Of a stretch of 64,000 nt of DNA, positions 33,985-41,981 are shown piece by piece. The translations under genes and the position numbers were made by a program. This stretch comes from an uncultured Acidobacteriaceae bacterium (GTDB taxonomy: Bacteria > Acidobacteriota > Terriglobia > Terriglobales > Acidobacteriaceae): positions 1,001,173 through 1,065,172 of the forward strand of contig CAVOJQ010000012.1 of the NCBI GenBank assembly GCA_963696275.1. Direction: 5' to 3'. Numbering within the stretch: position 1 is the first letter of the stretch; each line of letters begins with the position of its first letter. The notes below the pieces were generated by a model. It saw only the letters and a program-made list of their open reading frames with translations, was not told where the DNA came from and ran no database searches.

Positions 33985-34010
33985 GATGCGTTAATAAGAT
34001 GCGTTAATAA
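33985..34010. repeat. perfect 13-bp x2 tandem duplication spanning the ABC-2 permease stop codon
   Basis: Plus strand 'GATGCGTTAATAA GATGCGTTAATAA'. The stop (TTA on plus) is at 34004-34006. Confidence 0.9.
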
Positions 34011-34813
34011 GAAGAGAGGGTTCCATCCTGGCGGGCACGGCGAAGGCTGAGCGATAGGGCGGCGAGCGCCAGCGGCAACAGAACCACCGCAAACCCGGCC
34101 AGAGCCATGAGGGTTGGAAGCATCATCATCACCGATTGACCCTCCAGGAGCGCCCGGCGCATCCCATCAATCGAGTACGTGAGTGGAACGGCGCGCGCCA
34201 GAAGTTGCAGAGGGCGCGGTAAAGTCTGAATCGGAAACATCGTCCCACTGAGAAACCAGAGACCGGAACCGAGCAGCCAGAGCAACGCCGAGCCTTTCTG
34301 GAAGGCAACCTGAAGCGTGGCGGCCGCGATGCCCAGGGCGAGGGCGATGGCGAGAGAAAAGATCAATACAGCGAGGCAAGAGAATACATTGGCATGTACC
34401 GACGCCCGGAAGACGGCCACTCCCGCAAAAAGATAGATCAGGAGATTGACCAGGTTCCCCGCGAAGGCGGAAATAGAGCTGAGGATGATGAGTTCGGCCG
34501 GGGCGGTCGAGGTCGTCATGAGCACCTCCAGCGTCCCCGTCTGTTGCGCCTCCTGCACCGCGCTCAGGAAAGACTGGGCGCTCATGACGAAAAAGGTGTA
34601 CACCCCGGTGCCCACCAGAAGAAAAGGAAAATACTCGATGCCTCCCGGTCGAAAACCGGGACCGATGGCGCGGGAGAGGAAATAGAAAGCCGCCAATTCG
34701 GTGAACACTCCAACCAGGGTTACGACGAAGCCGCTGCGGTGGCGGATTGCCGTCAGCAGGTCGCGTCGCACGATGGCGCGGAGCTTGTCCAGGGTGGAAG
34801 TCACGCCTTCCAT
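34004..34813 (-). CDS. ABC-2 type transporter permease (no adjacent ATPase gene)
   Basis: Six TM helices. 'RRDLLTAIRHRSGFVVTLVGVFTELAAFYFL' is a typical ABC-2 N-terminus. Same strand as the RiPP-like operon. Confidence 0.75.
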   Translation of the reverse strand: MEGVTSTLDKLRAIVRRDLLTAIRHRSGFVVTLVGVFTELAAFYFLSRAIGPGFRPGGIEYFPFLLVGTGVYTFFVMSAQSFLSAVQEAQQTGTLEVLMTTSTAPAELIILSSISAFAGNLVNLLIYLFAGVAVFRASVHANVFSCLAVLIFSLAIALALGIAAATLQVAFQKGSALLWLLGSGLWFLSGTMFPIQTLPRPLQLLARAVPLTYSIDGMRRALLEGQSVMMMLPTLMALAGFAVVLLPLALAALSLSLRRARQDGTLSSY

Positions 34814-34893
34814 TTATAGTCTTCCGATCGTCAGGATGGCTCGGTCTTCGCGCAGCTTCCTTGACCACGACACTCTAACAGCATGTCTCAGAC

Positions 34894-34942
34894 TGAAGAC
34901 TCAAGATTGAAGATTGAAGATTGAAGACCGAAGACCGAAGAC
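34894..34942. repeat. heptamer x7 tandem array upstream of the ABC-2 permease gene
   Basis: 'TGAAGAC TCAAGAT TGAAGAT TGAAGAT TGAAGAC CGAAGAC CGAAGAC'. Confidence 0.85.
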
Positions 34943-35301
34943 ATTTGTGTGAGGCCCGTCGCAAATCAGCGCTGTTGCATTCTTCCGCTTACCCTGTTGT
35001 AAATTTCATCTCCGCCTCTTCGACCGCTAAGAGAATGATTCTAAGCCCTGACCGGCCGTGCGATTCTCTAAACCTGGCCAAAATGAGCCTTGCCCTGTTG
35101 CGAATTCTATCAACCCCAGCTTGACAACTTCCTCAGACCAGCCAGCCTCCTAACCGGGCCCATCGTCTAACTACACTGTTTCAAGGGACATTGCGCGCTG
35201 GTTCCGCGCAAGAAAACTTTGCGCCACTTTGGCCCGGCGATTGCCTTTAGTAAAAGTGTTGAGTGGCTCAGAAAGAAACGGCCCTCACCCCGAGGTGACT
35301 T

Positions 35302-35985
35302 ATGACAGTCCTGCTGGTTCTCTTCACTTTCACCGCCTTCTTACTCATCGATTATTTTCGCAGCCGCCGCGCCGCCGAACGAACCTTGCAGGTTAGCCCG
35401 GCTGCAACCCGGCATGAAGAGGTTGTCCCACGTCTTCAGCCCGCGCTGGTCGCCGGATTCGCGCTACCGGAAAATCTCCGCTATCACCCCGGCCATACCT
35501 GGGCATTGAGCGAGAGCACGAACCTGGTGCGCGTCGGCATGGATGACTTCGCCTCCAAGCTCACCGGCACCATCGAAAACATTAAGCTGCCCCAACGCGG
35601 CCAGTGGATCCGCCAGGGCCAGAAGCTATGCACCGTTTATCACGACGACATTGCCGTCGATATGGTCTCCCCGATCGAAGGCACCGTGTCGGATATCAAC
35701 GAAGCTGTGGCCAGGAATGCCAAGCTGGCGCTGGCTGACCCTTACGGAGAAGGCTGGCTTTTAACGGTCAACGCTCCCGACGCGAAGACGAGCTTTAAGA
35801 ATCTGCTGGGTGGCCCGCTGGCCCGCTGGTGGACAGAAGAGTCGGCCGGCCGCCTGCAACGCCGTATGCCGATGGCCTTCGCCGGAGCGCTGGCGCAGGA
35901 CGGTGGTCAAGCGATCTGCAACCTGGCCAGCCAGATTCCAGACAAGGAATGGCTGCCCCTGGCGAAAGAGTTCTTCCTCTCATAA
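35302..35985 (+). CDS. membrane-anchored glycine-cleavage H-protein-like (GcvH-fold) protein
   Basis: N-terminal TM 'TVLLVLFTFTAFLLIDYF'. 'YHPGHTWALSESTNLVRVGMDDFASKLTG ... DMVSPIEGTVSDINEAV ... DPYGEGWLLTV'. I could not see a lipoyl-Lys motif (ESVK-like). Confidence 0.65.
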   Translation: MTVLLVLFTFTAFLLIDYFRSRRAAERTLQVSPAATRHEEVVPRLQPALVAGFALPENLRYHPGHTWALSESTNLVRVGMDDFASKLTGTIENIKLPQRGQWIRQGQKLCTVYHDDIAVDMVSPIEGTVSDINEAVARNAKLALADPYGEGWLLTVNAPDAKTSFKNLLGGPLARWWTEESAGRLQRRMPMAFAGALAQDGGQAICNLASQIPDKEWLPLAKEFFLS

Positions 35986-36088
35986 ATCGGAGGCACGGCC
36001 CGCAGAACGAGCCACCTCGATCAACACCAGCCGCCTGGATACCAACTCCGGGCGGCTGCTGTTTTTGCGCAAGGCATCTCCGCTCGAT

Positions 36089-37183
36089 TCAGGCTTTCTG
36101 CTCGCTCAGCAGATCGAACAACGGCGCCTCGGGGCCTGGGTGCTCCGCCGCCGGCGCCGCCGCGGGAGCGCTCGAGTCTTCCGTGGCCGGAGCAGGTTTG
36201 GCTGCGGTCACCTTCTCGCCCTGCAGGAATTTTCGCGAGTCAAGCAGCGGGCGGCCGAGCGAAGCGTTATAACCGGTCCACGGTCCGTCCAGTTCCGCCT
36301 CGCGCTGGAAGTGAGCTCGCATCGCTTCCATTTTCGAATCCAGGTCGTCCAGATAGTGCAGCATCAGCGCTTCCGGGAACATCGGCAGCTTCGGCGATCC
36401 AAAATCGTATTGCCCATGATGGCTGATGATCAGATGTTCGAGCAGCGTTTTCAGTTCCGCTGGAAAGCCCGGCAACTGGGCCAGCTTCGCCTGCAGCATC
36501 TCCAACTCGATAATCATGTGCCCCAGCAGTTGGCCGCGCGTCGTGTAGGAAAATGCCCGGTTGTACGTCAGTTCCTGAATCTTGCCGATGTCATGCAGGA
36601 AGGCTCCGGTCAGCAACAGATCGCGATTGACTTGCGGATAGTTGCGGCACATCAGATCGCAGGCGGTAAACAGCGAGACCACGTGATCGAGCAGTCCGCC
36701 GATATAGGCGTGATGCAGCGTCTTGGCCGCGGGAGCGTTGCGATAGCGCTCGGCAATCTCCGCATCCGCCATGAACAGCTCGACCAGCGCCTTCAGGTGC
36801 GGATTCTCGAAGCTCGACACAAACTCGGTCAGCGTCCGCCAGAGTTCGCCAATATCCTTGCTGGTTTTCGGAAGGTAATCGGTGTAGTCGATTTCAGCTT
36901 CTTCCATGCGACGCAGTTTATGAATGGTGAGCTGAAAACGGTTCTTGTACTTGTTGATCAGGCCCTTGATTTTGAGAAAGTCGTCCTGTTCGAAAACCGC
37001 AATGAACTCCTCGACGTTATCCCACATCTTGGCTTCGAGCTGGCCGGTGCGGTCGGCCAGCACCAGCGCCAGATAGGGCTCGCCGTTTTTCTTGGCCTTG
37101 ACCTGCTTCGATGCGACCACGAAGCTGGTGGTGACGATCTTGTTTTCGTGCTGCGAACATCCGGAGATAAAAAACTCTTTCAT
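36089..37183 (-). CDS. OB-fold + HD-domain 3'-5' exoribonuclease, YhaM-like
   Basis: OB 'VVASKQVKAKKNGEPYLALVLADRTGQLEAKMWD'. HD 'LHHAYIGGLLDHVVSL ... GAFLHDIGK ... ISHHGQYDFGSPKLP'. Confidence 0.75.
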   Translation of the reverse strand: MKEFFISGCSQHENKIVTTSFVVASKQVKAKKNGEPYLALVLADRTGQLEAKMWDNVEEFIAVFEQDDFLKIKGLINKYKNRFQLTIHKLRRMEEAEIDYTDYLPKTSKDIGELWRTLTEFVSSFENPHLKALVELFMADAEIAERYRNAPAAKTLHHAYIGGLLDHVVSLFTACDLMCRNYPQVNRDLLLTGAFLHDIGKIQELTYNRAFSYTTRGQLLGHMIIELEMLQAKLAQLPGFPAELKTLLEHLIISHHGQYDFGSPKLPMFPEALMLHYLDDLDSKMEAMRAHFQREAELDGPWTGYNASLGRPLLDSRKFLQGEKVTAAKPAPATEDSSAPAAAPAAEHPGPEAPLFDLLSEQKA

Positions 37184-37199
37184 GAGCCCCCGAGATAGC

Positions 37200-38333
37200 C
37201 TAAAACACGCCCAGCTTCTTCTTTTTCAGTTTCTTTGCCTTATCTTCCTTCTCCGTGGTTTCGATAGGCTTGGTTTGCTTGGCGCTGGCGCCCGCGTCCA
37301 CATAACCGGTTTTGACGTCGATGAAGGCATCTTCCCGCAAGGTCGTCAGATAGGCCCGTAAGGCGGGCTGCAACTTCTGCATGTAGAGCGCGTCCTGGAT
37401 GCGCGGCTCCACTTCCTTCAGGGTGGGAATGCCCGCCATCTGATGCTCGGTCACCAGCAGGATCACGTAACCCTGTTTGGTGCGGATCACGTCCGTCGTC
37501 TCACCGGCTTTCAGCGCGAACACCTTGTCTTCGAGTTCTTGCGCAAGTGTGCCGCGCTTGAAATAACTGAGATCGCCGCCCGTCTTGGCCGATGGTCCAT
37601 CGGAATATTTCTTGGCCAAGTCTTCAAACTTTGCACCCTTCTGAAGTTGCTGCAGCACGTCCTGCGCTGTGGCCTGGGCAGCGGCCAACGCGGCATCCGT
37701 CTCGGCCTGGGATGGCGGTTCCGGCTTTGCGCCCGCGGCGGCCGGTTTTTCGGGCGGCGTCTTCGGGGCGATCAGAATTTCGCTCAGCCGAACCTGTTCC
37801 GGATGCTCCAGCTCGGCTCGATGCTGCTCATAGAACTTCTTTTCGTCTTCCTTGTTGAGGGCGAGGTGCGAGCCCACTTCCTGGCCGATCACGCGCTGCG
37901 TGATGATCTGGTTGCGCAGGTTCTGCTTGAACTCTTCATACGACGCGCCCTGCGCTTCCGCCGCCTTCTCCAGGTCTTCCATGGTTTCGAGCTTCATTTC
38001 CTTGCGCATTTCATCGAGGCGCTTGACCAGTTCCGTGTCGCCGGTGATGCCCAGATCCTTGCCTTTTTGCAGGAGAAGCTGCTGGTCAATCAGGTCGCGG
38101 AGAACGTCCTTCTGCTTCTCCGAAAAATCGCTGTCCGCGTTCGAGGGATCCTGTTGCTGAACTTCCTGTTTAAGCTGATCGCGGCTGCGGACATATTCCG
38201 AGCGCGTGATGATCTCATTGTTGACCCGGGCGATGATCTCTTCCACCACCGTATCGGCCCGTGACAGCAATGGAAGCAACAGCCCAACTCCTACCGCGAG
38301 CAGCAGCGCAAGTCTGGTCGTCTTCATGAACAC
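37200..38333 (-). CDS. SurA-like periplasmic peptidyl-prolyl isomerase (parvulin type)
   Basis: Signal peptide. SurA_N-like 'EEIIARVNNEIITRSEY'. PpiC 'VRLSEILI ... GGDLSYFKRGTLAQELEDKVFALKAGETTDVIRTKQGYVILLV'. Confidence 0.75.
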   Translation of the reverse strand: MFMKTTRLALLLAVGVGLLLPLLSRADTVVEEIIARVNNEIITRSEYVRSRDQLKQEVQQQDPSNADSDFSEKQKDVLRDLIDQQLLLQKGKDLGITGDTELVKRLDEMRKEMKLETMEDLEKAAEAQGASYEEFKQNLRNQIITQRVIGQEVGSHLALNKEDEKKFYEQHRAELEHPEQVRLSEILIAPKTPPEKPAAAGAKPEPPSQAETDAALAAAQATAQDVLQQLQKGAKFEDLAKKYSDGPSAKTGGDLSYFKRGTLAQELEDKVFALKAGETTDVIRTKQGYVILLVTEHQMAGIPTLKEVEPRIQDALYMQKLQPALRAYLTTLREDAFIDVKTGYVDAGASAKQTKPIETTEKEDKAKKLKKKKLGVF

Positions 38334-38455
38334 TCTCTTAAAACCTGGGTAAAACCCGAGGGGAAATTGTGTTTACATTTTACGCTGACGGCGTCCTGGA
38401 GGCCAATGCAATCGGGAATCAGCGACGAGGAGCGATTTAACTCCGAGCGTCTTAT

Positions 38456-38483
38456 CTTCTCGCCTTTAACTTCTCGCCTTTAA
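38456..38483. repeat. perfect 14-bp x2 (+ partial third) tandem duplication spanning the PP2C gene stop codon
   Basis: 'CTTCTCGCCTTTAA CTTCTCGCCTTTAA CTTCTTCGG'. The stop (TTA on plus) is at 38480-38482. Confidence 0.9.
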
Positions 38484-39253
38484 CTTCTTCGGATCAGCGT
38501 GAGGGCAGTCACATCATTATGCTTGGGCGCCATGTGCATAAATTCCTGCACGCTGACGAGGATGCGCTGAGAAAGTTCCTGCGCCGAAGAAGGCTGGGCC
38601 TGCATCACCATCCTGACGCCGTCCAGACCAAACTCCGCCTTCTTGGATTCGGCCTCCACCACGCCCCGCGAAACCACCGCCAGCGAACCGTTGGGCGCGA
38701 GGCCGACAATGCGCGCGTCCGTGGGCGCCAGCGAAAACAAGCCGAGCGGCAGGCCCGTGGCCGGCAATTCGACGACGCTCGTGTCATCGCGCAGCAGGCC
38801 GGGTGTGTGACCTGCGTTGACGTAGCAAACCGTCCCCAGTTCTTCGTTGTAGCAACCGGCGAAGGCGGGACAACTGCGAACCCCTCCTGCCGCGCGCATG
38901 ATCTCCAGATTCAGCCGGCGCGACAACTCGATCATGGCCTCGGACTCGTTCAGCTCGGTGGCGTTGAAGATTTCCTCGCCGCAGGCGCGGAAACAGGCCT
39001 GCGCCGCCTGCAGAACCGGAGCACAGGTTTCGCGTTTGCCCGCCACGTCGAGCAATCCGAAGAGCAGGCGTTGCGGGCCCACCCGCCGGAAATCATGCAA
39101 ATCTCCGCCCGCGCGCGTCGAGAAAAAAGCTACCGCCATGTCAGCGCCCTGGAGTGGGGGGCTCTCCCCCTGCACGATCCGCGGCGCCTCTTCCGCTGTC
39201 GAGCCGAAACCGAGTTTTGAAAGCAGCCCCGACATGAGCGGCGAAAGTACCAT
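38480..39253 (-). CDS. PP2C/SpoIIE-family protein phosphatase (start uncertain)
   Basis: 'GGDLHDF ... LLDVAGK ... YVNAGHTPGLL ... GLPLGLF ... NDVTALTLIR'. Confidence 0.65.
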   Translation of the reverse strand: MVLSPLMSGLLSKLGFGSTAEEAPRIVQGESPPLQGADMAVAFFSTRAGGDLHDFRRVGPQRLLFGLLDVAGKRETCAPVLQAAQACFRACGEEIFNATELNESEAMIELSRRLNLEIMRAAGGVRSCPAFAGCYNEELGTVCYVNAGHTPGLLRDDTSVVELPATGLPLGLFSLAPTDARIVGLAPNGSLAVVSRGVVEAESKKAEFGLDGVRMVMQAQPSSAQELSQRILVSVQEFMHMAPKHNDVTALTLIRRS

Positions 39254-39558
39254 AAACTTTGCGGCGGAGCAATGAGCAGAAAGTGGTAGATCAGCACCCC
39301 GTTCTCGCGTCTGCTGCAGGCATTCCACAGTTGCGGAAAAACTCGACGCACGGCGGCTTTGGGAAGGGCACGAGTTCCACTTGTGCCGTAACTCCCGCGC
39401 AATCAACCGCGGCTTCCAGCCGCTGATGGAATGTCTCTTTCAAACTGATCCTCTACCCCGGCCCAAGGGGACTTGACATCCACCGCCAACCGCCGCAAAA
39501 TATCGGAAAATTTGGCACGGGCTCCGTTTCCTCGCAAGAGTTGAGCAGTTTAAAGCCT

Positions 39559-39768
39559 ATGATCCAAGGCCAGCCGTCGCAAGCCACCCCCAAGAAAGTC
39601 AATCCCGAGCAGTGTAAACATCCACGAGTGCAGATCGTGTCGCGCGACGAAGACTCCGAATATGTGGAATGCCAGGAATGCGGCGACGTGTTCGAGTCCA
39701 GCGAATTAAAGGATATGGCGATCGAGGAAAAGAAAGACCCGGACGAAGAAGACCCGGACGAAGAATGA
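39559..39768 (+). CDS. small hypothetical protein with CxH..CxxC motif and acidic tail
   Basis: 'CKHPRVQIVSRDEDSEYVECQECGDVF'. Ends 'DPDEEDPDEE', encoded by a perfect 15-bp tandem duplication. Start uncertain. Confidence 0.35.
   Translation: MIQGQPSQATPKKVNPEQCKHPRVQIVSRDEDSEYVECQECGDVFESSELKDMAIEEKKDPDEEDPDEE
39736..39765 (+). repeat. perfect 15-bp x2 in-frame tandem duplication immediately before a stop codon
   Basis: 'GACCCGGACGAAGAA GACCCGGACGAAGAA TGA' encodes DPDEE DPDEE. Confidence 0.9.
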
Positions 39769-39771
39769 GCG

Positions 39772-41943
39772 TCAGCGGGGCACCGGTCTGTGCGCCCGCC
39801 CGATCTTGATCACCAGATTGTTCCCTTCATCCACGCAAAATCTATTTCCTGGCGGAATCACCGTGGTAGCGCTGTATTCCGTGACCACAGCCGGCCCCAG
39901 CATCGGGCGTCCCGCCAAAAGAGTCTCCCGCTCAAATACCGGCGTGTTCACTGCTCTGTCTTGAAACCATACCGGCACGCGCTCCACCGGCAGCGCGCCC
40001 GAAGCCGGGTGCCCGCGATCCGCTTTCCTGCGCGCTGGGCGAGGCTGCGGTATACGCAAACCAGCCCGCAGACGCAGCGTAACCAGTTCAATCTCTCGTC
40101 CGGCATGGTGATATCCGTAACGCCGCTGGTGTTCACGATGAAATTGCGCGGCGAGAACGCGAGCGCTGGCGTTCGGCGCGGCCAGCACGTTGAGTTCATA
40201 GCCCTGACCTCGGTACCGCAGATCGAGACTTCTTTCCCTGAGCGGCTCACCTCGCCATCCCTCGGCGCGAAACTCCTTCTGCGCCGCCTCCTCCAGCTTA
40301 CGGAATTCTTTTTGCAGCTTGGCGTGCGCAAAGCCATCGCCTAATCGCCACAGAAGTGTGCGCGAATAATCCTTGACCACATCGCTGATCAGGATTCCGA
40401 ATGCTGAAAGCGCTCCCGGCCGCGCCGGAATCATTACCATCGGGATGGCCAGCGCCTCCGCCAGTTCGCAGGCGTGCAAGCCGCCCGCGCCGCCAAAAGC
40501 CACCAAAGCAAATTCCCGCGGATCATATCCCCGCTCGATCGAAACCACGCGCAGAGCGCGCTCCATATTCGCGTTCACCACCCGTACGATACCTGCGGAG
40601 AATTGCTGAACACTTAAGCGCGAGCCATGTCTCTTGAGCCATTCGAGCGTGATTCGCCGTGCTCGCTCGCTATCGAGCTTGAATTCACCGCCGAGAAAAC
40701 GCTCGGCGCGAAGCCGGCCCATCAGCAAGTTGGCATCGGTCACCGTCGGCTCGGTTCCGCGTCCATAGCAGATCGGGCCAGGATCCGCGCCCGCCGATTC
40801 GGGCCCTACCCGCAGCGAGCCGCCGGCATCGAAGCGAGCGAGCGATCCGCCGCCCGCGCCCACTGTGTGAATCTCCAGCATGGGAACGCCCACCGGAAGC
40901 CCGGCTACCTCCGCCTGGCCCCCGGTTCGAATCGCGCCCTGGATCGCTGCCACATCGGTCGATGTTCCGCCCATATCGAAGGAAAGGATCTTCCGGAATC
41001 CGCTGCGCGCAGCCATCGCTGCCGCGCCCACCAATCCACCCGCCGGACCGGAGAGCACTGTGCGCACCGGCTCGCGCGCCGCCGACTCGAGCGCGGTAAT
41101 GCCGCCGCTCGATTGCATTACAAAGATGCGCGGCTCGCTCCCTTTCTTGGCCGCGCCGGAGTCCGATCCCCGAGTGTACTGCGCGACCCGCCGGGCCAGT
41201 CGTTCCATATAGCTCTGCATCAGGGGTTGCAGGTAGGCGTTCACCACGACCGTGCTGGTGCGCTCGTATTCTCTGAATTCCGGCAGGATTCGATGAGACA
41301 GCGAGAAAGGCTTGCCCACGCCAGCCAGGGCTGCGGCCACGGTGACTTCATTTTCCGGATTTGCGAAGGAGAACAACAACGAAACGGCGATGGCTTCCGG
41401 TGCGGCCTTCTGCACCGCTTCCCTCAGCCGATGCAATTCTGCTTCGGATGGGCGCTCCAGAATATTGCCTTCAGAATCAGTCCTCTCCCTGACGCCAAAG
41501 CGCAGTTCGCGTTCGACCAGCGGCGCCACTCGATCGAAAAAGAAGTCGTACAGGCGGGGACGCGCCTGCCGCCCGATCTCAATGACATCTTCAAATCCCG
41601 CAGTCGTGATCAAAGCAACGCGAGCGCCCTCTCTCTGCAGCAAAGCATTGGTGCCCACCGTCGTGCCATGCAGCAGAGTCAGGATGCGACCTGCGACGAG
41701 CTTCTTTTTTGCCGTCTTTGCCGTCGCAACACCTTTTCCGGCAGCTTCGCTGATTTTCTGAAGACCTTCAGCAATGGCGCGCGAGGGATCGTCAGGCGTC
41801 GAGAACACCTTCAGAGTCCTCAGTTCGCCGTCTTCCCACCACACACAATCGGTGAACGTGCCCCCGGTATCGATGGCAATGCGAAGGCCGGGATACAGCC
41901 TGCGATTCTGGGCGCGACGCGTGAATAGGGAAGCCATGAACAT
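39772..41943 (-). CDS. hydantoinase/oxoprolinase A-type (HyuA family) protein
   Basis: 'RIAIDTGGTFTDCV', 'HGTTVGTNALLQREGA', 'SFDMGGTSTDV', 'HTVGAGGGS', 'AFGGAGGLHACELA'. Confidence 0.85.
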   Translation of the reverse strand: MFMASLFTRRAQNRRLYPGLRIAIDTGGTFTDCVWWEDGELRTLKVFSTPDDPSRAIAEGLQKISEAAGKGVATAKTAKKKLVAGRILTLLHGTTVGTNALLQREGARVALITTAGFEDVIEIGRQARPRLYDFFFDRVAPLVERELRFGVRERTDSEGNILERPSEAELHRLREAVQKAAPEAIAVSLLFSFANPENEVTVAAALAGVGKPFSLSHRILPEFREYERTSTVVVNAYLQPLMQSYMERLARRVAQYTRGSDSGAAKKGSEPRIFVMQSSGGITALESAAREPVRTVLSGPAGGLVGAAAMAARSGFRKILSFDMGGTSTDVAAIQGAIRTGGQAEVAGLPVGVPMLEIHTVGAGGGSLARFDAGGSLRVGPESAGADPGPICYGRGTEPTVTDANLLMGRLRAERFLGGEFKLDSERARRITLEWLKRHGSRLSVQQFSAGIVRVVNANMERALRVVSIERGYDPREFALVAFGGAGGLHACELAEALAIPMVMIPARPGALSAFGILISDVVKDYSRTLLWRLGDGFAHAKLQKEFRKLEEAAQKEFRAEGWRGEPLRERSLDLRYRGQGYELNVLAAPNASARVLAAQFHREHQRRYGYHHAGREIELVTLRLRAGLRIPQPRPARRKADRGHPASGALPVERVPVWFQDRAVNTPVFERETLLAGRPMLGPAVVTEYSATTVIPPGNRFCVDEGNNLVIKIGRAHRPVPR

Positions 41944-41981
41944 GGAAGACTACCACCCGTCGAGGCCGGTGCAGTAGCGGC

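Noticed and set aside
35810-37198. 462-aa plus-strand ORF.
   Set aside because: It is a shadow ORF antisense to the YhaM-like gene and runs through the GcvH-like gene end in another frame.
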